Assembly (NCBI GenBank): GCA_012522255.1
Contig: JAAYKT010000040.1
Coordinates: forward strand, 1 to 33,830
Direction of reading: 5' to 3'
DNA from: Clostridiales bacterium
Lineage (GTDB): Bacteria; Bacillota; Clostridia; Lutisporales; Lutisporaceae
DNA length: 33,830 nucleotides
Under the pieces are notes generated by a model. It was given only the letters and a program-made list of their open reading frames with translations. It was not told the DNA's origin and ran no database searches. Made by a program: the position numbers and the translations under genes. Positions 14,882 to 23,162 of this stretch are shown here, one piece after another; position 1 is the first letter of the stretch, and the number at the start of each line of letters is the position of its first letter.

Positions 14882-16153
14882 TCAGCACACCTCCCCGGAA
14901 AGTTTCTTTAGAATATCCCCGTCGGTATAGTATCGTGCGGTGGTATAAGTACGCAGTTTATTTGAATTCGTAATTACAGGCATTTTACCGCACAGCGGGT
15001 TATTCATATACATCAAGGGGCAAATGCTGCTGACCACTACCCCCATGTTTTTTAAAGTATCTTTTTCGGGGGTATCATTAAAAGCCGCAAGTACTGCGGG
15101 AGCTGTCGTAAACACCGTTGGGACGGCTACTTTGCCACGTCCTTGAGCCTTGAGAGAATCCGACAATCTGGTTGTCCAGTCCTTCAACTGGTTCAGCGAA
15201 AGATGAGGACAGCCGATAAAGCATAGTTTTGGCTCGGTATTTCTGTCCTTCCATACTATCGGATAGTTGTTTTTCACCCGTTCGAGCTCTGCATCATCTA
15301 CCACATAAGTTTTAGCCCCCTCTGTAATCAATCCCTCACCCTTTTCCACCGCCTCGGGAGTCAGATTTTCTATATGATACAATCCCACCGCACCGTTACT
15401 TGCTGTGGCGGCACCAAAATCTTTCAAATAATCTTTAGCCTCTTGAGTAAGCTCGGTTCCCAACCATTTATCCAGCCCTTTCACATAAGGTACATCTTCC
15501 ATGACCTTCATGCCGATGGCACTGCCCAGTACCTGAGCTTCCGGCTTTTTATCCGTTTTTACTTCTATTATCCAGTTAGCACGGCGACCTTCATCCGTTA
15601 ACAGCCCGAAATACGGTACATATCCTACTATGCTTCCGAAAAGCTCCAAAATCCCTGAATTACGATTGCAACGGGCCCCACATACGCTGTTTGCGTATAC
15701 CACGGCACTGGATTCTGCCCAAGACAGAACTTCCCCGTATTTAGGAATGTTCCCCACCTGATCCATATAGCAGGTGCATGTATAAGCGTCATCAGACATA
15801 ATGCCCAACTTTTGCAGCTGCACATCATAGTCTTTCTGCTTTGAATACATCACTTTAAAAAATATATTTTGCAACAAATTCGCCGGCACGTTCTTGTCAA
15901 GGGGACGGGGGTCTACGGAAAAAGGCTGTTTGGAAAGGGCCCCGGCTTCAATAAGCTGGTCCATTAATTCATACACCGGCTTCATAACCGATAATCCGAA
16001 ACTTGTGACCAAGTGCCCCTTTTCACTATCAACGGGTACCATTTTTTCCGCGCCAAAAGCTTCTCCATACATCACCAAAGTCTTCATAACCTTGGAAAGT
16101 GTCTCACCCTGACTTCCGTCTAATATCTGTTGTTGTTCCAAAGTAAGCTGCAT
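14882..16153 (-). CDS. Aconitase X catalytic subunit (DUF521)
   Basis: The N-terminus MQLTLEQQQILDGSQGETLSKVMKTLVMYGEAFGAEKMVPV is typical of DUF521. Conserved Cys-containing stretches are present (CTCYMDQVG, SVCGARCNRNSG, FIGCPHLS). The likely start is ATG 16153, 11 nt after AAGGAG; the track's GTG 16165 abuts that RBS. Confidence 0.85.
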   Translation of the reverse strand: MQLTLEQQQILDGSQGETLSKVMKTLVMYGEAFGAEKMVPVDSEKGHLVTSFGLSVMKPVYELMDQLIEAGALSKQPFSVDPRPLDKNVPANLLQNIFFKVMYSKQKDYDVQLQKLGIMSDDAYTCTCYMDQVGNIPKYGEVLSWAESSAVVYANSVCGARCNRNSGILELFGSIVGYVPYFGLLTDEGRRANWIIEVKTDKKPEAQVLGSAIGMKVMEDVPYVKGLDKWLGTELTQEAKDYLKDFGAATASNGAVGLYHIENLTPEAVEKGEGLITEGAKTYVVDDAELERVKNNYPIVWKDRNTEPKLCFIGCPHLSLNQLKDWTTRLSDSLKAQGRGKVAVPTVFTTAPAVLAAFNDTPEKDTLKNMGVVVSSICPLMYMNNPLCGKMPVITNSNKLRTYTTARYYTDGDILKKLSGEVC

Positions 16154-16172
16154 AGCCTTCATCACTCCTTTT

Positions 16173-18230
16173 TTACAACTTCATGCCCACATCCCAGGCA
16201 CTCCAAATCACCGTTCTCAAGTTGCCAACCTTCACCGCATCTCCTACAGTTTTACCACGGCTGCCCGAACCCTGGAGGGGCATAGGTTTATAGCCCACTG
16301 ACAAAATGACACTGTCTGCCTCAATTTTAAAATCTTTGCCATCTTTGTCCGTAACCAGGACGCCATCATCAAGTATTTCCTTTAGTTTTGTTTCCAAATA
16401 CACCGGTACCTCATAGGTTTTGAAGAAATCCCGCAGGTAACTGGAATTGGCCAGACATACACCGGTAACTGCTATAAGGTCCTGTTTCATTTCAACGATA
16501 GCGGGTTTTTTACCTTTCAGATACAGTTCGTAAGCTATTTCACAACCGGTGAGGCCGCCGCCGATAATTACCACGTTTTCTCCTACTTTCTTTTCCCCGG
16601 ACAGGTATTCGATGGCCTCTATTCCCTTTTCAAAACCTTTAACCGGCAAGCGGATGGATTTGGCTCCCGTGGCCACCACAATTTCATCTGCATCTAATGC
16701 ATCTATATCTTTTATTTCAGTATTGAGCCTGATTTCTATCTTCGGGTATTTGGCAATTTCCCTTTGATACCAGGTCAAAAGCTCTCTGTCCTTTTCTTTA
16801 AAAGACGGAACCGCCGCCCAATTGAATACGCCTCCCAATTCATCGCCTTTTTCATATAATGTGACGGTATGTCCCCGTTTTGCAGCCACTATTGCCGTTT
16901 CCATACCGCCGATGCCCCCGCCTATAACAGCAATTTTTTTGCTGTTTGCCGTCGGGATAATTTTATATTTTTTGGACTGCATGGTCCTGGGGTCAAGGAC
17001 ACAGCGCGCAATATGTGCCGCATCATAGATGGATTGATCGTTGGCCACACCTTTGTAGTGGCTGAAATTGAAACAGGCATTGTGACAGCATATGCAAGGC
17101 CTTATATCATCCAACCTGTCTTCAATAAGCTTTGTGACCCATTCTCCGTCGGCCAAAAACTGACGGGCAAAACCCGCGCCGTCGATGCGGCCTTCAGCAA
17201 TTGCTTCTGCCCCCACTTCCGGCTCCATACGCCCCGCACAGACTACAGGTATATCAACAAATTTTTTAATGTGTGCCACATCTTCCAGATTACAGTTCTT
17301 TGGCATATACATAGGCGGATGTGCCCAGTACCAGGAATCATAGGTGCCGTTATCAGCGTTTAGCATATCATAACCCGCATCCTGTAAATACTTCACTGCC
17401 TTTTCACTTTCCTCCAAGTCTCGGCCAACCTCGGTGTAATCTTCTCCAGGAAGTGCACCATAGCGAAAATCCTTCATCTTTGAAACCGCGGAATATCTCA
17501 ATGATACCGGGAAATCCTTACCGCAGGTTTCTTTGATAGCCTGCACAATCTCCACAGGAAAACGATATCTGTTTTCAAAGGAGCCGCCATATTCATCTGT
17601 ACGTTTATTTGTATATTCCATAGTAAACTGATCCAACAGATAGCCTTCATGGACTGCGTGTACCTCCACGCCATCGACGCCTGCATCCATGCATAACTTT
17701 GCGGTTTTGGCAAAGCCGTCTATTATCTCACGGATTTCCTGCAGGGTAATTTCACGGCACATAACCTTGTCCGACCAGCGAGATGGTAATTCGCTTGGGC
17801 TTGCAGATTGATACTGCACATCTATAATTGGTTTTGCCAAAGCATGCAAAAGCGGATTGTTATGAAGCATAACTAAGTGGTCAGTAATAGCCCAGGAACG
17901 TCCCATCCCGGCGGTCATCTGAACAAAAAGCTTAGCCCCGGTCTTATGTATTTCATCCATAAAAATCTTAAGATCCCGAAACATTTTTTTGTTCTTCCAC
18001 AGCCACCGCCCGCCTATGGTATCCTTAATGGGAGCAATACCGGGTATAATGAGCCCTACATTATTTTTGGCCCTTTCCAAAAAAAAGTGGGCAGCCTCCT
18101 TATCAAAATGATTGGGCTCCATCCAACCAAACAAAGAAGTGCCACCCATAGGGCAAAGAACAATACGGTTTTTGATTTCCACATTGCCGACTTTCCAAGG
18201 GGTAAATAATGGTTCAAACTTAGGATCCAT
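16173..18230 (-). CDS. 2-enoate reductase / 2,4-dienoyl-CoA reductase-family NAD(P)H:flavin oxidoreductase (FMN + [4Fe-4S] + FAD)
   Basis: 685 aa. It has an OYE-like TIM barrel (NRIVLCPMGG..., GVDGVEVHAVHEGYLLDQF), a Cys cluster (RPCICCHNAC...ARCVLDP) and two dinucleotide folds (KIAVIGGGIGGMETA, VVIIGGGLTGCEIA). An AAGGAG RBS is present. Confidence 0.9.
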   Translation of the reverse strand: MDPKFEPLFTPWKVGNVEIKNRIVLCPMGGTSLFGWMEPNHFDKEAAHFFLERAKNNVGLIIPGIAPIKDTIGGRWLWKNKKMFRDLKIFMDEIHKTGAKLFVQMTAGMGRSWAITDHLVMLHNNPLLHALAKPIIDVQYQSASPSELPSRWSDKVMCREITLQEIREIIDGFAKTAKLCMDAGVDGVEVHAVHEGYLLDQFTMEYTNKRTDEYGGSFENRYRFPVEIVQAIKETCGKDFPVSLRYSAVSKMKDFRYGALPGEDYTEVGRDLEESEKAVKYLQDAGYDMLNADNGTYDSWYWAHPPMYMPKNCNLEDVAHIKKFVDIPVVCAGRMEPEVGAEAIAEGRIDGAGFARQFLADGEWVTKLIEDRLDDIRPCICCHNACFNFSHYKGVANDQSIYDAAHIARCVLDPRTMQSKKYKIIPTANSKKIAVIGGGIGGMETAIVAAKRGHTVTLYEKGDELGGVFNWAAVPSFKEKDRELLTWYQREIAKYPKIEIRLNTEIKDIDALDADEIVVATGAKSIRLPVKGFEKGIEAIEYLSGEKKVGENVVIIGGGLTGCEIAYELYLKGKKPAIVEMKQDLIAVTGVCLANSSYLRDFFKTYEVPVYLETKLKEILDDGVLVTDKDGKDFKIEADSVILSVGYKPMPLQGSGSRGKTVGDAVKVGNLRTVIWSAWDVGMKL

Positions 18231-18348
18231 AATATCAACTCCTTTTCTTTCATTTAACTTTTATTTATTTATAATTATTGAGTATTGTCCAATAAAATAT
18301 GGCAGTCATTTTGAACACCGGTAGTTCCATTAAAACAACTGACTTTTG

Positions 18349-19200
18349 TTACCTACTGGCACCGCCGCCGCCGCTTCTGCCTCCGCCAAAACCGCCTCCT
18401 CCAAAGCCACCGCCGCCAAAGCCACCGGATCTGCCCGAACCGCCACTAAAACCACCGAAGCCGCCGTAATAGCCTCCCCTACCTCTGTAATTGCCACCTT
18501 TTTTAAACCCTCTTCTGATTAATAAAAAGATAATAAGTAAGACTACCACCACTATCCACATCGGAATTTCATTAATATCATCTACAGGGTAGTTTTGCAA
18601 CCCGAAAAGGCCTTCTTTTTCCAGATCCAAATCATATTCTTTTGCAACCTCCGAGGCCACCGCCATAAAGGTGTCTTTAACACCTTTTGAAAAATCCTTG
18701 TCTTCAAAAGCAGTCATGGCATAATCATCAAGAATAGCCCCTGCTTTACCGTCATTAATTGCCCCTTCCAGACCGTACCCGACTTCTATACGAATTCGGC
18801 CCCGCTGATTTTTCAACAGGCTCTCCTCATTAACTAAAATCAAAACACCATTGTTTTTATTCTTATCACCTATACCCCAATCCCTGAACAGCTTAACAGC
18901 ATAGTCCTCTATCTCCATTCCCGACAAATCTTTTACAATGACTGCTGCAATCTGAGCTTTTGTTTTGTCTTCAATTACTTTACCGACCCTCTGCATTTCC
19001 TGAATATCACTTTTATTTACCATGCCGGCATAATCAAAAACAAATGTATTTGTCGCAGGTTTCACCGGAATAACCTGTGCAAAAACTAAAAAACCGCATG
19101 CCAAAGTGAGGGTCATAGTTATCAATAAAAACACCGATAATTTAACCTTATAATATTTAAAACTTGCTTTTCTTTTTAAATTCTTGTTGTATTTAGTCAA
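18349..19200 (-). CDS. TPM-domain membrane protein with a Gly-rich C-terminal tail (YgcG-like)
   Basis: N-terminal anchor, then a TPM core (FVFDYAGMVNKSDIQEMQRVGKVIEDKTKAQIAAVIVKDL...NGVLILV), a TM helix (MWIVVVVLLIIFLLI) and a GGFGG-repeat tail. TTG start. Confidence 0.85.
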   Translation of the reverse strand: MTKYNKNLKRKASFKYYKVKLSVFLLITMTLTLACGFLVFAQVIPVKPATNTFVFDYAGMVNKSDIQEMQRVGKVIEDKTKAQIAAVIVKDLSGMEIEDYAVKLFRDWGIGDKNKNNGVLILVNEESLLKNQRGRIRIEVGYGLEGAINDGKAGAILDDYAMTAFEDKDFSKGVKDTFMAVASEVAKEYDLDLEKEGLFGLQNYPVDDINEIPMWIVVVVLLIIFLLIRRGFKKGGNYRGRGGYYGGFGGFSGGSGRSGGFGGGGFGGGGFGGGRSGGGGASR

Positions 19201-19220
19201 AATGTATCACCGCCTATAAA

Positions 19221-19784
19221 CTAAAAATCTACCTTGGGAACCTCCTTGGCTCCCTCAGCCGCCTGAAAATAGTCTCTTTGTTGAAAATTGAACATCCCCG
19301 CTATAATAGAAGTGGGAAATCTTCTTATTTTAACATTATATGACTGAACTGCATTATTATAATCCATACGGGAAACAGCTATACGGTTTTCTGTCCCTGC
19401 GAGCTCATCGGAAAGCTGCCTGAAATTTGCATCTGCCTTAAGCTCCGGATAGTTTTCTGCTATTGCAAGGAGTCTGGACAGCGATCCCGTAAGTTCCTGA
19501 TCCGCCTTAGCCATGTCACCCACTGTACCTGCACCAATAAGTTTTTCCCTGGCTTTTGTAACCTCGGTAAATATTTTTTCCTCATGGGAAGCAAAACCCT
19601 TAACTGTGCTGACCATATTAGGAATCAAATCCATCCTGCGCTGAAGCTGGTTTTCTACCTGGCTCCAGGAACTCGTCACAGCCTCATCGGAAGAAACCAA
19701 ACCGTTATATGAGCCAAAAATAGATATAGCTATAACTGCGAGTATCACTAACAAAACTATAACCGGACTAAACATCTTTTTCAT
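19221..19784 (-). CDS. lemA: LemA-family membrane protein
   Basis: 187 aa. N-terminal TM helix plus the LemA signature SSWSQVENQLQRRMDLIPNMVSTVKGFASHEEKIFTEVTKAREKL. A TAGGAGGGG RBS is present. Confidence 0.9.
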   Translation of the reverse strand: MKKMFSPVIVLLVILAVIAISIFGSYNGLVSSDEAVTSSWSQVENQLQRRMDLIPNMVSTVKGFASHEEKIFTEVTKAREKLIGAGTVGDMAKADQELTGSLSRLLAIAENYPELKADANFRQLSDELAGTENRIAVSRMDYNNAVQSYNVKIRRFPTSIIAGMFNFQQRDYFQAAEGAKEVPKVDF

Positions 19785-19851
19785 TTAAGACCCCTCCTAA
19801 ATCTAAATTACTTGCTTTTTTCTAAACTGATATCATATCTTCTTTATTTTA

Positions 19852-20298
19852 TTATATTATATTTTCATATACTAATTTTAAAAAAATTTCAATTTCTCCA
19901 TTATAGTTTTCTGCACCTTCAATCAATTCTCCTTTAAAGCCCATTCGTAAAATTACATCGTTCCTTTTATTAGCGCCAAAACCTATGTGATGCTATAAAG
20001 CATCTAAAAAATATATCTAAGCAGAATTTTTGTGGAGGATCTTAGAATAGGTTAATGAAGTGAACGTCTGTAATTTTAACTGTGTGAGCGGGTTAGCGAG
20101 TTTTAAAATTACAGTGAACGAATTTACCTATTCTTAGGTCTGGAACTCTTTTTCTGTGTGATATATTTTTTAGAGCAACCATCGGGAACAGGATGGTCTC
20201 CATTAAAAAAGTCGCTGCACATCAATCTACTATTATGCAAATGACAAAAAGTGCAGATAACCGGGCTGCATATCTTCACCACATTCCGGGCATTTCAT
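19852..20298 (-). pseudogene. Possible disrupted small zinc-ribbon gene: N-terminal 21-codon ORF plus out-of-frame and downstream coding-like remnants
   Basis: The minus strand reads AAGGAGG-8nt-ATG AAA TGC CCG GAA TGT... = MKCPECGEDMQPGYLHFLSFA* (20233-20298). A shifted frame continues NSRLMCSDFFNGDHPVPDGCSKKYITQKK... into the palindromic element. Beyond the element, a 46-codon open stretch HHIGFGANKRNDVILRMGFKGELIEGAENYNGEIEIFLKLVYENII* ends at 19852. Confidence 0.3.
20004..20173. repeat. 170-bp nested imperfect palindrome (MITE-like or structured-RNA element)
   Basis: There are three perfectly complementary arm pairs. They are CTAAAAAATATATC (20004-20017) / GATATATTTTTTAG (20160-20173), AGAATAGGT (20044-20052) / ACCTATTCT (20126-20134), and CTGTAATTTTAA (20068-20079) / TTAAAATTACAG (20103-20114). 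GTGAACG occurs once in each half in direct orientation. Confidence 0.6.
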
Positions 20299-20569
20299 TT
20301 TATAATCCTCCTTACTAACTACCAAGCAAAGCCGTGAATAAACTATATAACTTAAAACCTCTGTTTGCCGCTACTTTTATCTTTGCATTAATTCAAACAC
20401 TGTACTGCCTCTATATCATATCACAAATATGTTTATACATATTATGTTGTTTTATGGCTGCCATAGTATTGATGTAATTTTATCCTGCCAGTCTTTGATT
20501 TATGAATGGATAAGTGAGATAATATATCCATCCTGATTTTTATTACAACATTAAGGAGACTGACACTTT

Positions 20570-21625
20570 ATGAAATCAAATAGAAATACTGTTTTCCGAA
20601 TTGCCGTAAGCATTATTTTAGTTGTTTTAACCTCTTCTTTTGTTTCCTATGTTGTACATAAAAATAGATCTGCTGACTATGATAAGGAAGTATTAAAAAG
20701 TTATGCAGATGAAAATGTTTCTTCTATGGATAAGTATGATATTACGGAATTTGATTTAATTGATAAATCAATATTAAGTAAAGAAGCGATGCTCAGCGAA
20801 GAATACACAAAGAATCTGGTGGAACAAGGTGCCATAAATATATTATTTTTAGGTGAAGACAAGGAAAACAGTCTCTATGACACAATTGGATTAATAAGTA
20901 TTGATAAGAAAAATAAAAAACTTTCCATAATAATGCTACCACGTGATCTGTACATAGATTATAGTCAAACCGTAAAGGATGCTCTTGCAGCTGCCGGAAA
21001 AACAAAAGCAGCAGGTATATATAAGCTGAATGCTGCCCATTATGTAGGTGCTTTGATGGAATACGAAGGAAAGTTTAAGGCAAACTCCATCAGTTTTTTA
21101 GCAGATGTCATTAAAGAAAAATTTGCAATAGATGTGGATGATTATATAAAAATAAACCTTTCTGGTTTTAGAAAAATAGTGAATTTATATGGCGGTGTCA
21201 ATATATATGTTCCTTACAATATGGACTATGATGACCCTTCACAGGATTTATCCATACATCTGCAAAAAGGATCACAGCTTCTTGATGGTAACCAAGCTGA
21301 AGGTTTTGTAAGGTTTAGGCAAGGCTATGATGAAAATGGTATAAGATTTGATGTAGACCGTAAAAAAAACCAATTGGCTTTTTTAAATGCTTTTATAAAA
21401 CAGCATGGTACTATAGGTAACATAAATAAAATACCGGACTTGTTAAAAGCGTTAAGCAGCAATATGATGAACAGCATTGGCTTTGGAGAATTACTGACCA
21501 CATATACAGGAATAGCAAAGGATATTGTGAACGATAAATATGAAATAGAAAACAAAAATATTGATGGGACAAGCAAAATGATAAATGGGGTATCCTACAT
21601 AGTTATCGAAGAAGAGAAACCATAA
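20570..21625 (+). CDS. LCP-family (LytR-CpsA-Psr) cell-wall polymer transferase
   Basis: N-terminal TM anchor plus LCP core motifs NILFLGEDK...DTIGLISIDKKNKKLSIIMLPRDLYI and INLSGFRKIVNLYGGVNIYVP...LLDGNQAEGFVRFRQ. AAGGAGA RBS. Confidence 0.9.
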   Translation: MKSNRNTVFRIAVSIILVVLTSSFVSYVVHKNRSADYDKEVLKSYADENVSSMDKYDITEFDLIDKSILSKEAMLSEEYTKNLVEQGAINILFLGEDKENSLYDTIGLISIDKKNKKLSIIMLPRDLYIDYSQTVKDALAAAGKTKAAGIYKLNAAHYVGALMEYEGKFKANSISFLADVIKEKFAIDVDDYIKINLSGFRKIVNLYGGVNIYVPYNMDYDDPSQDLSIHLQKGSQLLDGNQAEGFVRFRQGYDENGIRFDVDRKKNQLAFLNAFIKQHGTIGNINKIPDLLKALSSNMMNSIGFGELLTTYTGIAKDIVNDKYEIENKNIDGTSKMINGVSYIVIEEEKP

Positions 21626-21754
21626 ATATAATTCTAATATCTGCTAAAGACCTTTGCATTGTCCACTTTCAGCGATAAATCATCCACCCGATAACAAAAA
21701 GGTGTAATGATAAATATACAAAAAACACAACTGCCCATGCCTGTTCTTTTATTT

Positions 21755-21985
21755 TTATTTTACGAGTTCCCCGGGAGGATTGCCGGTTCTAAGAGGCAAT
21801 ACTTCTTTACCCTTTAAAACTGCCTTATATCCTATTTTATTGCTTCTTCCGGGGTATATCCTTTTAGCTTCACTTGACTCACTGCAGCATGAATATCCGA
21901 AGGGAAATTCAAATCGTCTACGAGTATTTTGTATCTCTTCAGCTTCAATAAGTCTGTCAAAATTCCATCTTATAGCACATTGCAA
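21755..21985 (-). pseudogene. Coding-like open frame without a credible start (possible gene remnant)
   Basis: A 77-codon open frame in an AT-rich region (…FEFPFGYSCCSESSEAKRIYPGRSNKIGYKAVLKGKEVLPLRTGNPPGELVK). It has only a TTG start with no RBS and overlaps the 3' end of the upstream gene by 16 nt. A second frame (21832-21960) is also open and protein-like. Confidence 0.25.
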
Positions 21986-22485
21986 CCAAGTGTCGACTTC
22001 ATTTCCTTTAGAGCAAACTCATGAGCCTTTTTATCGAAGGATGCCACACCAGCCTCATATATGTTTACGTCGTAAGATAAATTTCTTGCATCTGCTGCCG
22101 TGTACAGCACGCATATATTTGTGCATACTCCCACCAAGGACATTTCCCTGATCTTCTTTTCTCTTAAATACAAATCCAAGTCAGTACCAAAAAAAGAACT
22201 ATATCTTCTTTTTTTTATTATTTTATCACCTTTTTCCGGCTGCAACTCGGATATAATTTCACTGCCTTTAGTACCTGAGACACAATGAGACGGGAACATA
22301 TCGAACTCCTTATCGTCAGTTTCGTGATTATCGCATATGTAGATAATTGGGTTTCCGCCTTTTCTATATTCAGTTATTTTTTCTTTGATAAAATCTATTA
22401 TGACGGTTCCTGCTTCTCCTGTTGTCAATAGGCCTTTTTCATCAATAAAATCCTCCAGCATATCAATTACCAGTAATGCTTTCAT
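21970..22485 (-). CDS. pncA: Isochorismatase-family cysteine hydrolase, nicotinamidase-like
   Basis: 171 aa. ALLVIDMLEDF (catalytic Asp), ICDNHETDD...MFPSHCVSGTKGSEI (nicotinamidase-type DxH...PxHC metal site), KKRRYSSFFGT (Lys) and LVGVCTNICVLYTA (catalytic Cys). AAGGGGAG RBS. Confidence 0.8.
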   Translation of the reverse strand: MKALLVIDMLEDFIDEKGLLTTGEAGTVIIDFIKEKITEYRKGGNPIIYICDNHETDDKEFDMFPSHCVSGTKGSEIISELQPEKGDKIIKKRRYSSFFGTDLDLYLREKKIREMSLVGVCTNICVLYTAADARNLSYDVNIYEAGVASFDKKAHEFALKEMKSTLGCNVL

Positions 22486-22629
22486 TATATCTCCCCTTTG
22501 TTTTAGTATTTTCTCCGTTTTTAAGAACTCTATATCTTATTGCGTTATGTGTATATGTCAGGATTCCTGACACCCGGGGATAATGGTATCTCTGTGTGCA
22601 TGTAAATACCCCCGTCTTTCTGATATGGT

Positions 22630-22995
22630 CTATACAATATTTTCTACAAATTGTATTCTTAGACCATTAGGATCCCTAACAAAGAAAAACTTCACCCCTG
22701 GATTCGGTTGAAAAGGACCGCTATCTACCTTTAAACCTTTTTCTTTAATAAAATCCATTTTCTCCTCTAGACAATCTACTTCAAAACCTAAGGAGATATC
22801 AGCTCCTATGACTACATCTTTGCCTGAGCCATCATATATAAGCTCAACCTTTGTCTCGCCTCCGCCTAGGAACACTATTTCGCCATTTGATCCCGTTGGA
22901 AATCTTCTTGATATAGATAACCCCACGATATCCTGATAAAATGCCAAGGATTCTTCCATGCTCTTTACTGAAATTGTCGTCCATAAAAATTTCAT
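22630..22995 (-). CDS. VOC-family (glyoxalase/bleomycin-resistance/dioxygenase) protein
   Basis: The beta-alpha-beta-beta-beta module pattern is present (SVKSMEESLAFYQDIVGLSISRRF...VELIYD...GFEVDCLEEKMDFIKEKGLKV...FFFVRDPNGLRIQFVE). The start is ATG 22995, 8 nt after GGAGG; the track's ATG 23010 lies inside that RBS. Confidence 0.85.
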   Translation of the reverse strand: MKFLWTTISVKSMEESLAFYQDIVGLSISRRFPTGSNGEIVFLGGGETKVELIYDGSGKDVVIGADISLGFEVDCLEEKMDFIKEKGLKVDSGPFQPNPGVKFFFVRDPNGLRIQFVENIV

Positions 22996-23116
22996 TTCTA
23001 ATACCTCCATAATTTTTTTATTTTTCCCGGTTTGCTTTTTTAATATTAACTTGGTAAATCAATCTGGGATTCTATCCATAGCTACCCGATAAATCCACCT
23101 CGTTATAATCCCGGTT

Positions 23117-23152
23117 CATGTTCGTTTTCTGGCTCAGAAAAACCTCACTGCT
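23117..23152 (+). repeat. Copy A of a 36-bp direct repeat (RelE/ParE-toxin gene fragment)
   Basis: CATGTTCGTTTTCTGGCTCAGAAAAACCTCACTGCT matches copy B at 34 of 36 positions. In frame it encodes HVRFLAQKNLTA without a start codon. Confidence 0.7.
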
Positions 23153-23162
23153 AAACTCATTG

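Noticed and set aside
18349-18480. GC-rich, CCGCC/ACCGCC-repetitive DNA that at first glance looks like a tandem repeat.
   Set aside because: It is the in-frame coding sequence of the GGFGG-rich C-terminal tail typical of YgcG-type TPM proteins, not a non-coding repeat or CRISPR.
21728-21760. Possible weak terminator (AAC-T-GC CCAT GC-CT-GTT followed by a T-rich tract) after the LCP gene.
   Set aside because: Only ~5 bp pair, with an internal loop, and the T-tract overlaps the stop region of the minus-strand open frame. The evidence is insufficient.
21780-22151. 123-aa plus-strand ORF overlapping the nicotinamidase-like gene.
   Set aside because: It is antisense to a CDS with complete catalytic motifs, and its translation is compositionally odd with no RBS.
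23067-23077. 11-mer GGATTCTATCC, whose reverse complement GGATAGAATCC also occurs at 14304-14314.
   Set aside because: The match does not extend into the flanks. Many 11-mer coincidences are expected by chance in 34 kb of AT-rich DNA counted on both strands.
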